Source of the DNA: an uncultured Gemmatimonadales bacterium
Lineage (GTDB): Bacteria; Gemmatimonadota; Gemmatimonadetes; Longimicrobiales; RSA9
Length of the DNA stretch: 64,000 nt
Reading direction: 5' to 3'
Assembly: GCA_963741945.1 (NCBI GenBank)
Contig: CAVUKA010000003.1
Location: 828,489 to 892,488, forward strand
Shown here: positions 40,310 to 49,555 of the stretch, one piece after another
How the letters are laid out: the number at the start of each line of letters is the position of its first letter
Position numbering within the stretch: position 1 is the first letter of the stretch
The notes under the pieces: model-generated
Told to the model about the DNA's origin: nothing
Databases searched by the model: none
Seen by the model: only the letters and a program-made list of their open reading frames with translations
Translations under genes and position numbers: made by a program

Positions 40310-40536
40310 GCCGCAGGAGGATCGGACGCCAGTTTACGCTCGCGGTCGGCGGCGAAGGCGAGGCATGCCCGGATATCGTCACTGGTGAGGTCCGGAAAGT
40401 CCGAAAGGATCTCCCCCTCGGTCATACCGCCCGCCAAGTAGTCGAGGACGTCGTAAACGGTGATCCGCATTCCGCGGATACAGGGTTTGCCGCCCCTCTT
40501 ACCGGGCTCGATGGTGATGATATCGCGGTAGTCCAT
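40306..40536 (-). CDS. DUF433 family antitoxin
   Basis: 'ITIEPGKRGGKPCIRGMRITVYDVL...DFPDL...IRACLAFAA'; GTGA overlap with the PIN gene. Confidence 0.92.
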   Translation of the reverse strand: MDYRDIITIEPGKRGGKPCIRGMRITVYDVLDYLAGGMTEGEILSDFPDLTSDDIRACLAFAADRERKLASDPPAA

Positions 40537-40769
40537 ACCTGACGCTAAGCCGTCCGATCCCCCGGGACAAGCTTGCGTCCCTGGTGCCATCTCGACCTCC
40601 TGATTGCAGGTTTCCGCTCAATCTCCTCAGAAGATACGCGCTGGGCCGGAAGCTTCCATGGCGTAACGGGTCGAGTGCCGGTCGGCACGGGCAGCTCCCG
40701 GGCGAGGCGCTGGGTGTCGGCCCGGAGGTCGGCGTCGCGCTCGGCCCAGAGGGTGTCGGAGGCATCGCG

Positions 40770-41826
40770 GACGGTCCACGGCAGCACCTCCTGCCACTCC
40801 GCCGTCAGCGGCTCCAGCACCTTCCCCCTCACCCACACCTGCCCGCCCGCCCGCGCCACCTGGTCGTAGGCCCAGCGCGTGATCCTGAGCGACGCCTCCC
40901 GGTCGTGCGCCACGCCGGCCGCCGCGAACCGCCTCGGGCAGCTCGTACAGCTGATTGCGATTGCGTTCGTCCCAGCGGCGCAGGTGATCGACGGCGGCCA
41001 GGCGGTCGCCCTTGCGGCCGTTACAGGTCGGGTGCGCGAGGACGAAGTTGTGGCCGAGGTCGAAGGGGTAGCGGCGCCAGGGGACGAAGTGGTCCACGGC
41101 GACGTCGCCCCGCATGCGCCCGTCGCAGTAGAAGCACCGGCCGTCCTGGATGTCGTCGAGTAGGTCCCGGTAGGTGGAGAGGTCCCGGCGGTCGCTGCCG
41201 AACAGGAACCAGCGAAGCTCCGCCTCCGGCCCGAGCAGGTGCACGTTGGTGCGGCGGATGTACCCGGTCCACGCCCCCTGCACCATCTCGACGATCATCG
41301 AGTAGAAGCGCCGGAAGCACCAGGCGACGCCGGGCTTCAGCGTGATCTCCCGCGGGTTCTCCCGTTCCCGGTGCTCGTAGAGGAACTCGACGCGCTCGTC
41401 GCCGATGGTCTGGAGCTTCCAGAGCGGCATGCGACGGACTGTGTCCTCCACCGTCCGGAGCAGCCGCGGCCACGCCTCGCTCGCCTCGACGCGGCCCAGC
41501 CGGGCGTCGTACCGCGCCCGGGCTTCCCTAACCTCCCGCACCACCGCGGCCTGGCGCCCGGTGTTCTGCTTGAGCGGCTCCGTGCCCGCGGTGCCGGGAA
41601 AGGGAGCGACCTGGCGCCAGTACAGGCGGACGAACTGGTCGGCGAGGTCGCGCGTGGCGAGGGTGAGGGGGGCGCCGGAGTCGTCGCCCTGGAGCACGCA
41701 CAGGTCGGCAATGGCGTGGAGCAGCGCGTACTTGTAGCTGGCGACGAAGCTGCCCTCGTCCAGCAGCCGCTGGAGCCGGGCCAGGAACTCGAGCTGCGCC
41801 TCCGCGCTGGGGACGGCCGGGATCAC
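40770..41826 (-). pseudogene. HNH endonuclease with N-terminal helical domain; frameshift near 40933 (3' end uncertain)
   Basis: 'CFYC...VDHFVPW...NFVLAHPTCNGRK'; the plausible C-terminus 'RFAAAGVAHD...WAY...VWV' continues in another frame. Confidence 0.75.
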
Positions 41827-42215
41827 CCGTCCCCCCAGTACCGCGCCCGCTCCGGGATCACCCAGCGGATCCCGCCCCGGGGGTCCGCCACGTCGCCCGC
41901 GTAGCGCGGGATCACGTGGATGTGCGCGTGCGCCACCGTCTGCCCCGCCGCCTCGCCGTCGTTCACCCCAAGGTTGAACCCGTCCGGACCATGCGACGCC
42001 GCCAGCGCCTCCCTCACCTCGCCCACCAGCGCCCACAGGTCCGCCCGCTCCTCCGGCGCGAGGTCGAAGAGGCTGGCGACGTGGCGGTGCGGGACGACCA
42101 GGGTGTGGCCGTCGGAGACGGGCCAGGCGTCGCGGAGGGCGCGGCCGTGGGCGGAGGCGTGCAGGACGCGGGAGGCGGGCAGGCCGCAGAACGGGCACTC
42201 GGTCGGATGGCTCAT
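41823..42215 (-). CDS. HIT family protein
   Basis: 'CPFC', 'PVSDGHTLVVP', 'FNLGVNDGEAAGQTVAHAHIHVIPRY'; GTGA overlap with the HNH gene. Confidence 0.93.
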   Translation of the reverse strand: MSHPTECPFCGLPASRVLHASAHGRALRDAWPVSDGHTLVVPHRHVASLFDLAPEERADLWALVGEVREALAASHGPDGFNLGVNDGEAAGQTVAHAHIHVIPRYAGDVADPRGGIRWVIPERARYWGDG

Positions 42216-42272
42216 GATGTCCCGACCCACCATGGCTGTGCCCCACCCCGCGCGCAACGCTCGGTCGACAGG

Positions 42273-42301
42273 TTGCGCATATACAAAGTCCAGTATAGGC
42301 T
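42273..42301 (+). promoter_or_regulatory. Putative promoter with overlapping palindromic operator
   Basis: TTGCGC-N17-TAGGCT overlapped by TATAC-N8-GTATA (42280-42297), upstream of an XRE antitoxin. Confidence 0.5.
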
Positions 42302-42343
42302 CGGATGACGGAAGCGGCCGTGCTGTTGAATCGGGAGGTTCCA

Positions 42344-42643
42344 ATGCCTGAGTTCACGTACTCGAGCGGGAACGTCTTCGAGGATCTCGGCTTCTCGAAG
42401 GAAGAAGCGGAGAACCTGAAGGTGCGGTCCGTGCTCATGGCGGGCATCCGGCGGATCATCGAGGCGGAAGGCATCACGCAGAAGGAAGCCGCGGAGCGAT
42501 TCGGCGTCACTCAGCCGCGGATCAGCGATCTGGTCCGCGGCAAGATCGAGCTGTTCAGCATCGACGCGTTGATCAACATGCTCGCCGCGGCCGGGCACCA
42601 TGTGGAGATCTCGGTGAGCGGCGGCAGCGATCGGGCGGCCTGA
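42344..42643 (+). CDS. XRE/HigA-like HTH antitoxin, no upstream toxin
   Basis: 'SSGNVFEDLGF...TQKEAAERFGVTQPRISDLVRGKIELFSIDAL'; GGAGGT RBS. Confidence 0.9.
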   Translation: MPEFTYSSGNVFEDLGFSKEEAENLKVRSVLMAGIRRIIEAEGITQKEAAERFGVTQPRISDLVRGKIELFSIDALINMLAAAGHHVEISVSGGSDRAA

Positions 42644-42741
42644 CGGGTCGGCCATGGTGCACCCAATTTCCACCGGCAGGAGCCTTGGCCGGACCTTTGC
42701 CCCCGGTGTATCTTCGGGACCTGGTACACCTGGGAGGCACA

Positions 42742-43265
42742 CTGAACACCACCTATCTCGCCCGCGGCCTCTATTCAGTGCCGGCCGCCGCCCGGCTCAT
42801 CGACACGAAGCCCGACACGATCCGACGCTGGGCGTTGGCTACGAGCGCGGTGGCCGTTGGCACGACCCGGCGATTCATACCGACCTCGATGAGCTGGGCG
42901 GTGAGCCGGTCCTGACCTTCCTGGAGCTGGTCGAGTTGCTGTTCATCCATGGGCTGCGGGCATCGGGGCACTTCCCCCTGGGATCTACGCCCTGTTGGAG
43001 CGCGAGGACCGGGGCGACCTGCTGGTTGAGCTCAAGGGAGCCGGTCAAATCGCGATGTGGCCCGCGTTGCACCGGTACCTCGAGCAGCTCGAGTTCGGCC
43101 TGGACGAGATTGCGAGCCGCTGGTATCCCGCTGGACGCGCCTCTCCCATTGTCGTCGATCCCCGAATTTCAACTTGGCAGGGGCGCAACCGACGAGCAGA
43201 TCGTCACCTTCGCGGGCGAGTGGGACTATCGCATCGTCGGCCGCGACCGCGCGATGCTCAAGCGG
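42742..43265 (+). pseudogene. Fragmented HTH-DUF433 antitoxin plus PIN-like toxin remnant
   Basis: Pieces in three frames: 'GLYSVPAAARLI...IRRW', 'LTFLELVELLFI', 'RWYPAG...IVVDPRIS', then 'GATDEQI...IVGRD'. Confidence 0.6.
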
Positions 43266-43317
43266 TCGAGATCTCTGCGGCTGAAGGCAGGCTCGGGGTG
43301 TGACAGCGAGGTCCGGA

Positions 43318-43644
43318 TCAGGCCGTGCGCCGCTCCGAAGCCACGATTCGACCCAGTTCCCGGCGGCTCGCCCCCAGTGAGAGCAGCGAGCGGATCAGGA
43401 GGTCGACGGTCACGCTGGCATCCGCGGTTTCCATCCTGGAGACCCGGGACTGACTGGATCCGAGACGCCGCGCCAGCTCGGCCTGCGACAGCCCTGCGCG
43501 CTCACGTTCGCGCCGCAGGCTGTCACTCAACGCGAGCTTGAGGTCGACGTACGCGGCCTCTTCCGCGGATAGGTCCAGAAGCTCCGCCGCGGAGCCGACC
43601 GCCCAACCCGTCTCACGCAATCTCTTCCTGGTGGCGTCTTTCAT
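43318..43644 (-). CDS. XRE HTH antitoxin
   Basis: 'RLRETGWAVGSAAELL...LSQAELARRLGSSQSRVSRME...DLLIRSLL'. Confidence 0.88.
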   Translation of the reverse strand: MKDATRKRLRETGWAVGSAAELLDLSAEEAAYVDLKLALSDSLRRERERAGLSQAELARRLGSSQSRVSRMETADASVTVDLLIRSLLSLGASRRELGRIVASERRTA

Positions 43645-43773
43645 GATCCTCCCACCGCTTCGTCGTAGCGCCGGAAGCAATGACTGCAGCGTTTCAGCAC
43701 GCGATTCGGCGTCCGCGTCGTCGTCTTCTCAAATACATCGCCGATGATCACCGCGTCGGGGTCGACGCGGTAG
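43641..43773 (-). pseudogene. 3' remnant of a RelE/Gp49-like toxin cut by the IS3 left end
   Basis: 'YRVDPDAVIIGDVFEKTTTRTP...RRYD'; ATGA overlap with the XRE gene; 5' part absent. Confidence 0.7.
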
Positions 43774-43869
43774 TGGTCTTCTCCCCGGAATCGAGTCCGG
43801 GCGGACTCCCGTTTAGGAGCATAATCTTCGGGCCGGACCTGGAGCCTCGGGAGAGGCGGGGAGCGACCC

Positions 43870-44136
43870 ATGAGGCGGAGTCGGTTTTCGGAAGAGCAGA
43901 TCGCGATGGCGCTGCGGCAGGCGGACGCCGGGACGTCGGTCGCGGAGATCTGCCGGAAGCTGGAGATCTCGGAGACCACGTTCTTCCGGTGGAAGAAGAA
44001 GTTCGGGGGCCTCGGGGTTCCCGAGCTGCGCGAGCTCAGGCAGTTGCGGGATGAGAATCGTAAGCTGAAGGGGCTCGTGGCGGACCTCTCGCTGGACAAG
44101 AGCATTCTTCAGGAGGCGCTGCGAAAAAAATGGTGA
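43870..44136 (+). CDS. IS3 OrfA (element A)
   Basis: 'MRRSRFSEEQI...RWKKKFGG...ENRKLK'; A7 run at 44124-44130. Confidence 0.92.
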   Translation: MRRSRFSEEQIAMALRQADAGTSVAEICRKLEISETTFFRWKKKFGGLGVPELRELRQLRDENRKLKGLVADLSLDKSILQEALRKKW

Positions 44137-44421
44137 CGCCGACGCAGCGGCGGGAGGTGGTCGGGTGGGCTCGAACTGCGTACGGGCTCGCGGAGCGGCG
44201 CGCCTGTCGAGCGGTGGGGGTCAGCCGGTCCCTCGTTCGGTATCGCTCGGTCAAGCCTGCCCAGGAGCCGCTCCGGCGGCGTTTGCGGGAGATCGCGGCC
44301 AGCCGGGTGAGCTGGGGCTATCCGCGGCTCACCATTCTTCTGCGGCGCGAAGGCTGGCGGGTCTGAGGTGACCCCCGGATCCTGACCCAGCTATTATGGG
44401 ACTCCCGAGCAGGAGGAGTCC

Positions 44422-44685
44422 ATGCGGAAGAGCCGGTTCACGGAAGAGCAGATCATCGGAATCCTGAAGGAGGCGGAGGCCGGGGCGCAGGTGCAGGAGG
44501 TCTGCAGGCGCCACGGGATTGCCGAAGCGACGTTCTATCGGTGGCGGAAGAAGTACGGCGGTCTGGACGTGAGCGAAGCGCGGCGGTTGAAGCAGTTGGA
44601 AGAAGAGAACCGCCGATTGAAACGGATCGTGGCCGACCAGGCGGTGAACCTCCAGGTGCTGAAGGATCTCCTGGGAAACGGGTGA
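44422..44685 (+). CDS. IS3 OrfA (element B)
   Basis: 'MRKSRFTEEQII...YRWRKKYGG...ENRRLK'; GGGAAAC slippery site at 44673-44679. Confidence 0.92.
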   Translation: MRKSRFTEEQIIGILKEAEAGAQVQEVCRRHGIAEATFYRWRKKYGGLDVSEARRLKQLEEENRRLKRIVADQAVNLQVLKDLLGNG

Positions 44686-45074
44686 AGACGGCCGTGGAGC
44701 GGCGCAGGGTCGTCGAGCAGGTCCAAGCCGCAGCAGGGGTATCGGAGCGACGGGCGATTCGGTTCACGGGCTTCCCGCGCTCCACCATGCGCTATAAGAG
44801 CCTGACCGATCCCCAGGAGGAGCTCCGTCAACGGATCAAGGAGCTGGCGGCGCAGCGAATCCGCTGGGGCTACCGGCAGATCCACACGCTGCTCCAGCGG
44901 GAAGGCTGGACGGTGAACCGGAAGCGCGTCCAGCGGCTCTATCGGGAGGAAGGACTGGCAGTGAGGCGCAAAGGAAAGAAGCGGCGGAGCCAGGCGCCGC
45001 GGCCGGTGCGGGATGTGGGTCCTCTAAACTATGTCGCGGTTTCTCTCTAAACTTTGTCGCGGCAAGGGCGTGAG

Positions 45075-45854
45075 CTAAGCGGCTTCAGAGTCAGGGGCCT
45101 CCTCCTGCTTATGGTGGCGGGTGCGGTAGGAGCGGCCGCGGAGCACGAAGTGGGTACCGCGCTCCAGGAGCCGATCCAGAATCGCTTCCGCGAGATCGGC
45201 ATCATGCAGCACCTGACCGAGGGCGGCCAGGGGTTTGTTGGTGGTCACGATCATGGGCCGGTGCTTCAGGTAGCGATCGTTGACCACCCGGTAGAGTACG
45301 TTGGCGGCATCGGCAGCGTAGCTCTGATAACCGAGTTCGTCGATCACCAGCACGTGCGGATGGACGTAGGGCTCGAGGGCTTCTTCCAGCCGTCCCTCCG
45401 CGGCTGCCTTCGAGAGGGCGCCGATCAGCTCGTCTGCGGTGGTGAAGCGGGCGTCGAAGCCGTTCTGGATGGCCCGATAGGCGATGGCCACGCCCATATG
45501 CGTCTTTCCCCGACCGGGCGGCCCCGTGAAGATCGCGGACCGCCCCTCGCTCACGAGCTCCGGCCCCAGCAGCGTGCCGAGCATCTGAAGGCGGACGCTG
45601 GTCTGGAAGGTGAAGTCGAATTCCTCGATGGTGCGGAGGAAGGGAAACTTCGCTTTGCGGACGTATCGGGTGATCCGAGTCTGCGCCCGGTGGGCGATCT
45701 CCTCGGCGCAGAGTAGCTCGAGAAACGTGCGGTAGCTCATGCCCTCGTCCTCGGCCCGGATCACCAGGTCCGGATAGAGGCGTCGGACCGTGGGCAGGTG
45801 AAGACGGTGGAGCATCGCATCCAGATCGTCCAGCGGCACGGGAGTGCTGATCAT
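45075..45854 (-). CDS. istB: IS21 helper ATPase
   Basis: 'GPPGRGKTH', 'LVIDELGY', 'TTNK', 'AILDRL'. Confidence 0.95.
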   Translation of the reverse strand: MISTPVPLDDLDAMLHRLHLPTVRRLYPDLVIRAEDEGMSYRTFLELLCAEEIAHRAQTRITRYVRKAKFPFLRTIEEFDFTFQTSVRLQMLGTLLGPELVSEGRSAIFTGPPGRGKTHMGVAIAYRAIQNGFDARFTTADELIGALSKAAAEGRLEEALEPYVHPHVLVIDELGYQSYAADAANVLYRVVNDRYLKHRPMIVTTNKPLAALGQVLHDADLAEAILDRLLERGTHFVLRGRSYRTRHHKQEEAPDSEAA

Positions 45855-47257
45855 GAGGCCGCCTCCTTCGCCACGAGTCCCATCACGTACTCCGCCCCGA
45901 TCAGGCGCTGAAAGAGCGCTCGCTGGAGCAGCCGGAGGAAACGCTCCTGGCCCACCTCCTCCAGCAGGGCGAAGAGCCGCTCGACGTCTCCTTTCCAGGT
46001 GTAAGGACGAGAGTGGATGAGTTCGGTCAGGTAGCCCTCACCGATGGGCCCCAGCTCCAGGATCCGCTCCCGCATGAAGTAGAGGCGCTTCCGGGCGCCG
46101 GCCACGGCCGCCAGCTGCTCCGCCCTCTGGCCGGGCAGGTAGCTGGTAGTCCCCACTTTGGGAAAGCGTGGGTGGGTGGCCTCGAAGCGGGCACCGGTCG
46201 TGACGATCCGGACCCGGTCCGGGTACAGGTGCAGCGTGGCCGGAATCCCGCACGCCCCCGCCGGCATAGCGTAGCGGACTCCCTGGAAATCCACGAGGGC
46301 CGTGGGACCCACATGCACGGCGTAGCGCAGCCCGTATTCTGTGGGCGCAATGGCCAGCGGCTTCATGCGGGCCTGTTCGGTCACGAGCCGGAGCTTTGGG
46401 ATCTCCTTCGTGGCGCGGGACGGCCGCTCCTCATTCACCCCCAGCAGCCACTCAAGGAGCTGACGGGGGAGGTCGTGATCGAGATCGGCGAAGCGGCGGG
46501 CTCGGAAGAAGCTCCGCTTCACCCAGCCCACAAGATTCTCCACCGAACCCTTCTGCTCGGGACTCCGCACCGCGCACAGCTCGATGGTGAAGCCGTAGTC
46601 GATGGCCACCTGCGCCAGGGTCGAGTTCCAGATCGGCCGGTCGCCGTCCCGGCCCACCACCACGGTCTTCGGATTGTCGAAAACTACCCGGAGCGGCACG
46701 CCCCCCGAGTGCTCGAAGGCCGCGAGCAGCGCGCGCACCAGCGATTCGATCCGCTCGTCCGGCACGATCACCACCCACACCCACCGCGAGTACTTTAGCC
46801 GGAAGGCCGCGAAGTGGACCCGCTTCTTCCGCCCGTCCAGCAGCCGGACGTCGGCCTGCCCGAAGTCGAACTGGGCGAACTCCCCCGCTACCCCCTCGAA
46901 CCGCACCATCAGCTCCGCCGGCAGCTTCCCCTTCTCCAGCCGAAACACCCGATAGAAGGTGCTCTCGGCGAGCTGAACTCCTTCGTCACGAAGCAAGCGA
47001 AGGTACTCCAGCGGTGGAGCTTCCGGATCCTCCGCGATCAGATCCACCAGCCGCTGCTTCACCGCTGACCTCACTGGCGGTCGGCCCACACCACGGCGCC
47101 GCCGCTCCGCCACGTCATCCCCGTCCTCTACCAGCGGCTCTTTGGCGATCCGCTGGATCGTCCGCACGGTGACGCCGAACTGCTCCGCAATCTGCTTCTT
47201 CTCTTCCCCCGCCTTCAGCAGAGCATGGACTGCATGTCGATCAATCATCCTGAGCAT
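45851..47257 (-). CDS. istA: IS21 transposase
   Basis: 'AQFDFG', 'FDNPKT', 'KGSVENLVG'. Confidence 0.95.
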   Translation of the reverse strand: MLRMIDRHAVHALLKAGEEKKQIAEQFGVTVRTIQRIAKEPLVEDGDDVAERRRRGVGRPPVRSAVKQRLVDLIAEDPEAPPLEYLRLLRDEGVQLAESTFYRVFRLEKGKLPAELMVRFEGVAGEFAQFDFGQADVRLLDGRKKRVHFAAFRLKYSRWVWVVIVPDERIESLVRALLAAFEHSGGVPLRVVFDNPKTVVVGRDGDRPIWNSTLAQVAIDYGFTIELCAVRSPEQKGSVENLVGWVKRSFFRARRFADLDHDLPRQLLEWLLGVNEERPSRATKEIPKLRLVTEQARMKPLAIAPTEYGLRYAVHVGPTALVDFQGVRYAMPAGACGIPATLHLYPDRVRIVTTGARFEATHPRFPKVGTTSYLPGQRAEQLAAVAGARKRLYFMRERILELGPIGEGYLTELIHSRPYTWKGDVERLFALLEEVGQERFLRLLQRALFQRLIGAEYVMGLVAKEAAS

Positions 47258-48607
47258 CCTCCCCGCCCTCCGATTCTCAGAGCCCTGAGCCCTCGGAACG
47301 GCGGCATTCTACGCTGTGGATGCCCTCAACTGCGACATAGTTTGGAGAGAATCAGCGACAGAATTTCGGGAACTCACACGGGAGCCGCTCGGGGGGCCGA
47401 ACGAGCGGTGGAGCATGGACTTCGTCTCGGACACGCTCAGCAACGGGCGGCGCTTCCGCTGCCTGAACATCATCGACGAGTTCAACCGGGAGTGCCTGGC
47501 GATCCACGTGGCGCACTCGATCCCGTCGGTGGGCGTGATCGAGGTCCTCGAGCAGCTGAGGGAAGAGCGCGGGCTGCCGGACGTGATCGTGACCGACAAC
47601 GGCTCGGAATTCACCAGCCGTGCCTTCAATGCGTGGGCCTATTCGCGGGGGGTGAAGATCGACTACATCCAGCCGGGCAAGCCAATGCAGAACGGGTTTG
47701 TGGAGAGCTTCAACGGGACCTTCCGGGACGAGTGCTTGAACCTGCACTGGTTCCTCACCCTCCGGGACGCCCGAACGACCATCGAGGCGTGGAGAGTGGA
47801 CTACAACGAAGTACGGCCGCATAGTTCCCTTGACCGCCTCACCCCCGCTGAATATGCGGGATTACATCAACAGAGCGAGGAGAACCTCGCCATCACCAGC
47901 TCGCACCTCCCGTAAAGACTGGATCAGCTTTGGGGGTCACCTCAGGTCAACCACAAGCGGATCTACCGGCTCTACCGCGAAGAGGGGCTGACGCTGAAGC
48001 GAAAACGCCCGAAGCGGCGGAAGAGCGCGGTTCGTCGACAGGCTCGGTCCGCAGCGCAGGCGCCGAATGAGCGCTGGGCCATGGATTTCGTTCACGACGT
48101 CCTGGCCGGCGGCCGCACGATCCGGATCCTGACGGCCATCAATGCCTTCACCCGGGAGTGCGTGGCACTGGTCGCGAAGCCGAACTTCAAGGGTGAGGAT
48201 GTGGCGGCGATGCTGACCGAGGCTGGCCGGCAGCGTGGCGCTCTGCCTGGCCTGATCTCCGTGGACAATGGCACGGAGTTCACCTCGAAAGCCTTGGATC
48301 ACTGGGCCTACTGGAACAAGATTCAACTGGACTTCAGCCGGCCCGGAAAGCCAACCGACAATGCCCATATCGAGAGCTTCAACGGGACACTGAGACGGGA
48401 GTGCTTGTCGCAACACTGGTTCATCAATGTCGAGGACGCTCGACTTACCCTCGAGAAATGGAGGGATGATTATAACAAGTTCAGGCCCCACAGCAGCTTG
48501 GGCCAGATCCCGCCGCGCCAATTCCGGCTCGGCGAAACCTTCACCCCCGTCCCGGAGAAGCTCGTAAACTCACCTGTTTCCCGGACCTAATTCGGGGTCA
48601 GGACCAA

Positions 48608-48657
48608 ACCAGCTCGCACCTCCCGTAAAGACTGGATCAGCTTTGGGGGTCACCTCA
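48608..48657 (+). mobile_element. Orphan right end of IS3 element B (50 bp)
   Basis: Identical to 47895-47944. Confidence 0.9.
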
Positions 48658-49521
48658 GTCATCTTCCGTGTAGGCGCAGTTGGCACCGAGCACCGCCAGA
48701 ATGCTGTTCGGAAAGAGGAAGTTCGGCTGCCGCACCAGTGCTGCCCGGATTTCGTCGAGCTTCTTCTTAATGAGCGGTCGCTGATAAGGCAGAGCCGAAG
48801 TCGGCCCAATCGCCGGCAGCTCGTCTTTCCGAAACACCCGCGAAACGCCGAGAAGGTCATAGGGCGAGACCTCAAACGTGAACACGTCTGCTTCGGGGCT
48901 GGTTGCATCAGCGCTCCCAACAATGGTCCGGTCGCTCACCCGTAGCAGCCCGTGTGTGTCCTTGCGGATTTCGATCGGCCGGCGGCCTTGGCCGAGGTTT
49001 ACCTCCAAGCGATCCAAGAAGTGGGACTTTGCGAATTCACCAATGCAGTCGGCGTAGTTCTCGAGGACCCCTACACTAGACCGGAAGAAGACGGCCATGC
49101 GAGGGATCGTTAGGTCGACATCGACATCGAACTGTTCGGCCTTCGTCGTGATGAAGAACCCAATGAGAGTGCGAACACGGCGGAATGCCGCAAGCTGGTC
49201 CGCCGGGACTCCGAGTGCCGTCCAGACTGCGTCGGTCCGATTCGTGGTCTCCAAAGCCCGGATGTGGCCGCGAAACTTGGAATACTTTCGCTCGAGATCA
49301 CGCTTTCCCGAGCGGGCCGTGATCTCGCCCAAAAGAGCGAACCTGCCTTCAGCTATGAGGAAGTCAATCTCACAGTGCTCGTTTGCGCTAAAGCGACCCT
49401 GAGGGAACATGTCCCGCATTCTGGCGTGCGTCCCCCGCGCGCAGGCGAACCCCAACCTCGCGAGTAGGTCAGCCATGCCAGATTCCAGCTGTGGTCCGGT
49501 AAGTCCGAGTAGGGCGCTCAT
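48658..49521 (-). pseudogene. Nuclease-like N-terminus plus DGQHR/DndB-like domain, 3'-truncated by an IS end
   Basis: 'EIDFLI...LLGEIT'; 'YQRPL...LDEI...LFPNSIL'; the ORF stops at the IS boundary before any DGQHR motif. Confidence 0.65.
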
Positions 49522-49555
49522 TATGAATGGATGTCCGCGGAGCGGCTCAGCAGAG

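Larger units (their letters stand above)
45014..47378 (-). mobile_element. IS21-family element, apparently intact
   Basis: TGT...ACA ends with repeated AAACT(A/T)TGTCGC boxes; 5-bp duplication CGGGA (45009-13 and 47379-83); carries istA and istB. Confidence 0.95.
44364..47944 (+). mobile_element. IS3-family element B (IS407-like), inserted in element A, interrupted
   Basis: Ends TGAGGTGACCCCC...GGGGGTCACCTCA; 4-bp duplication GGTC (44360-63 and 47945-48); orfB ~44682-45013 plus 47379-47915. Confidence 0.93.
43774..48606 (+). mobile_element. IS3-family element A (IS407-like), outer element, interrupted
   Basis: IRL TGGTCTTCTCCCCGGAATCGAGTCCGG; IRR reverse complement TGGTCCTGACCCCGAATTAGGTCCGG; orfA 43870-44136; orfB 44130-44363 plus 47949-48590 (DDE 'MDF..DNG..ESFN'); flanks do not match as a target duplication. 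Confidence 0.9.

Noticed and set aside
38640-43770. Integron cassette array
   Set aside because: No integrase, no recognisable attC repeats by eye, and gene orientations are mixed.
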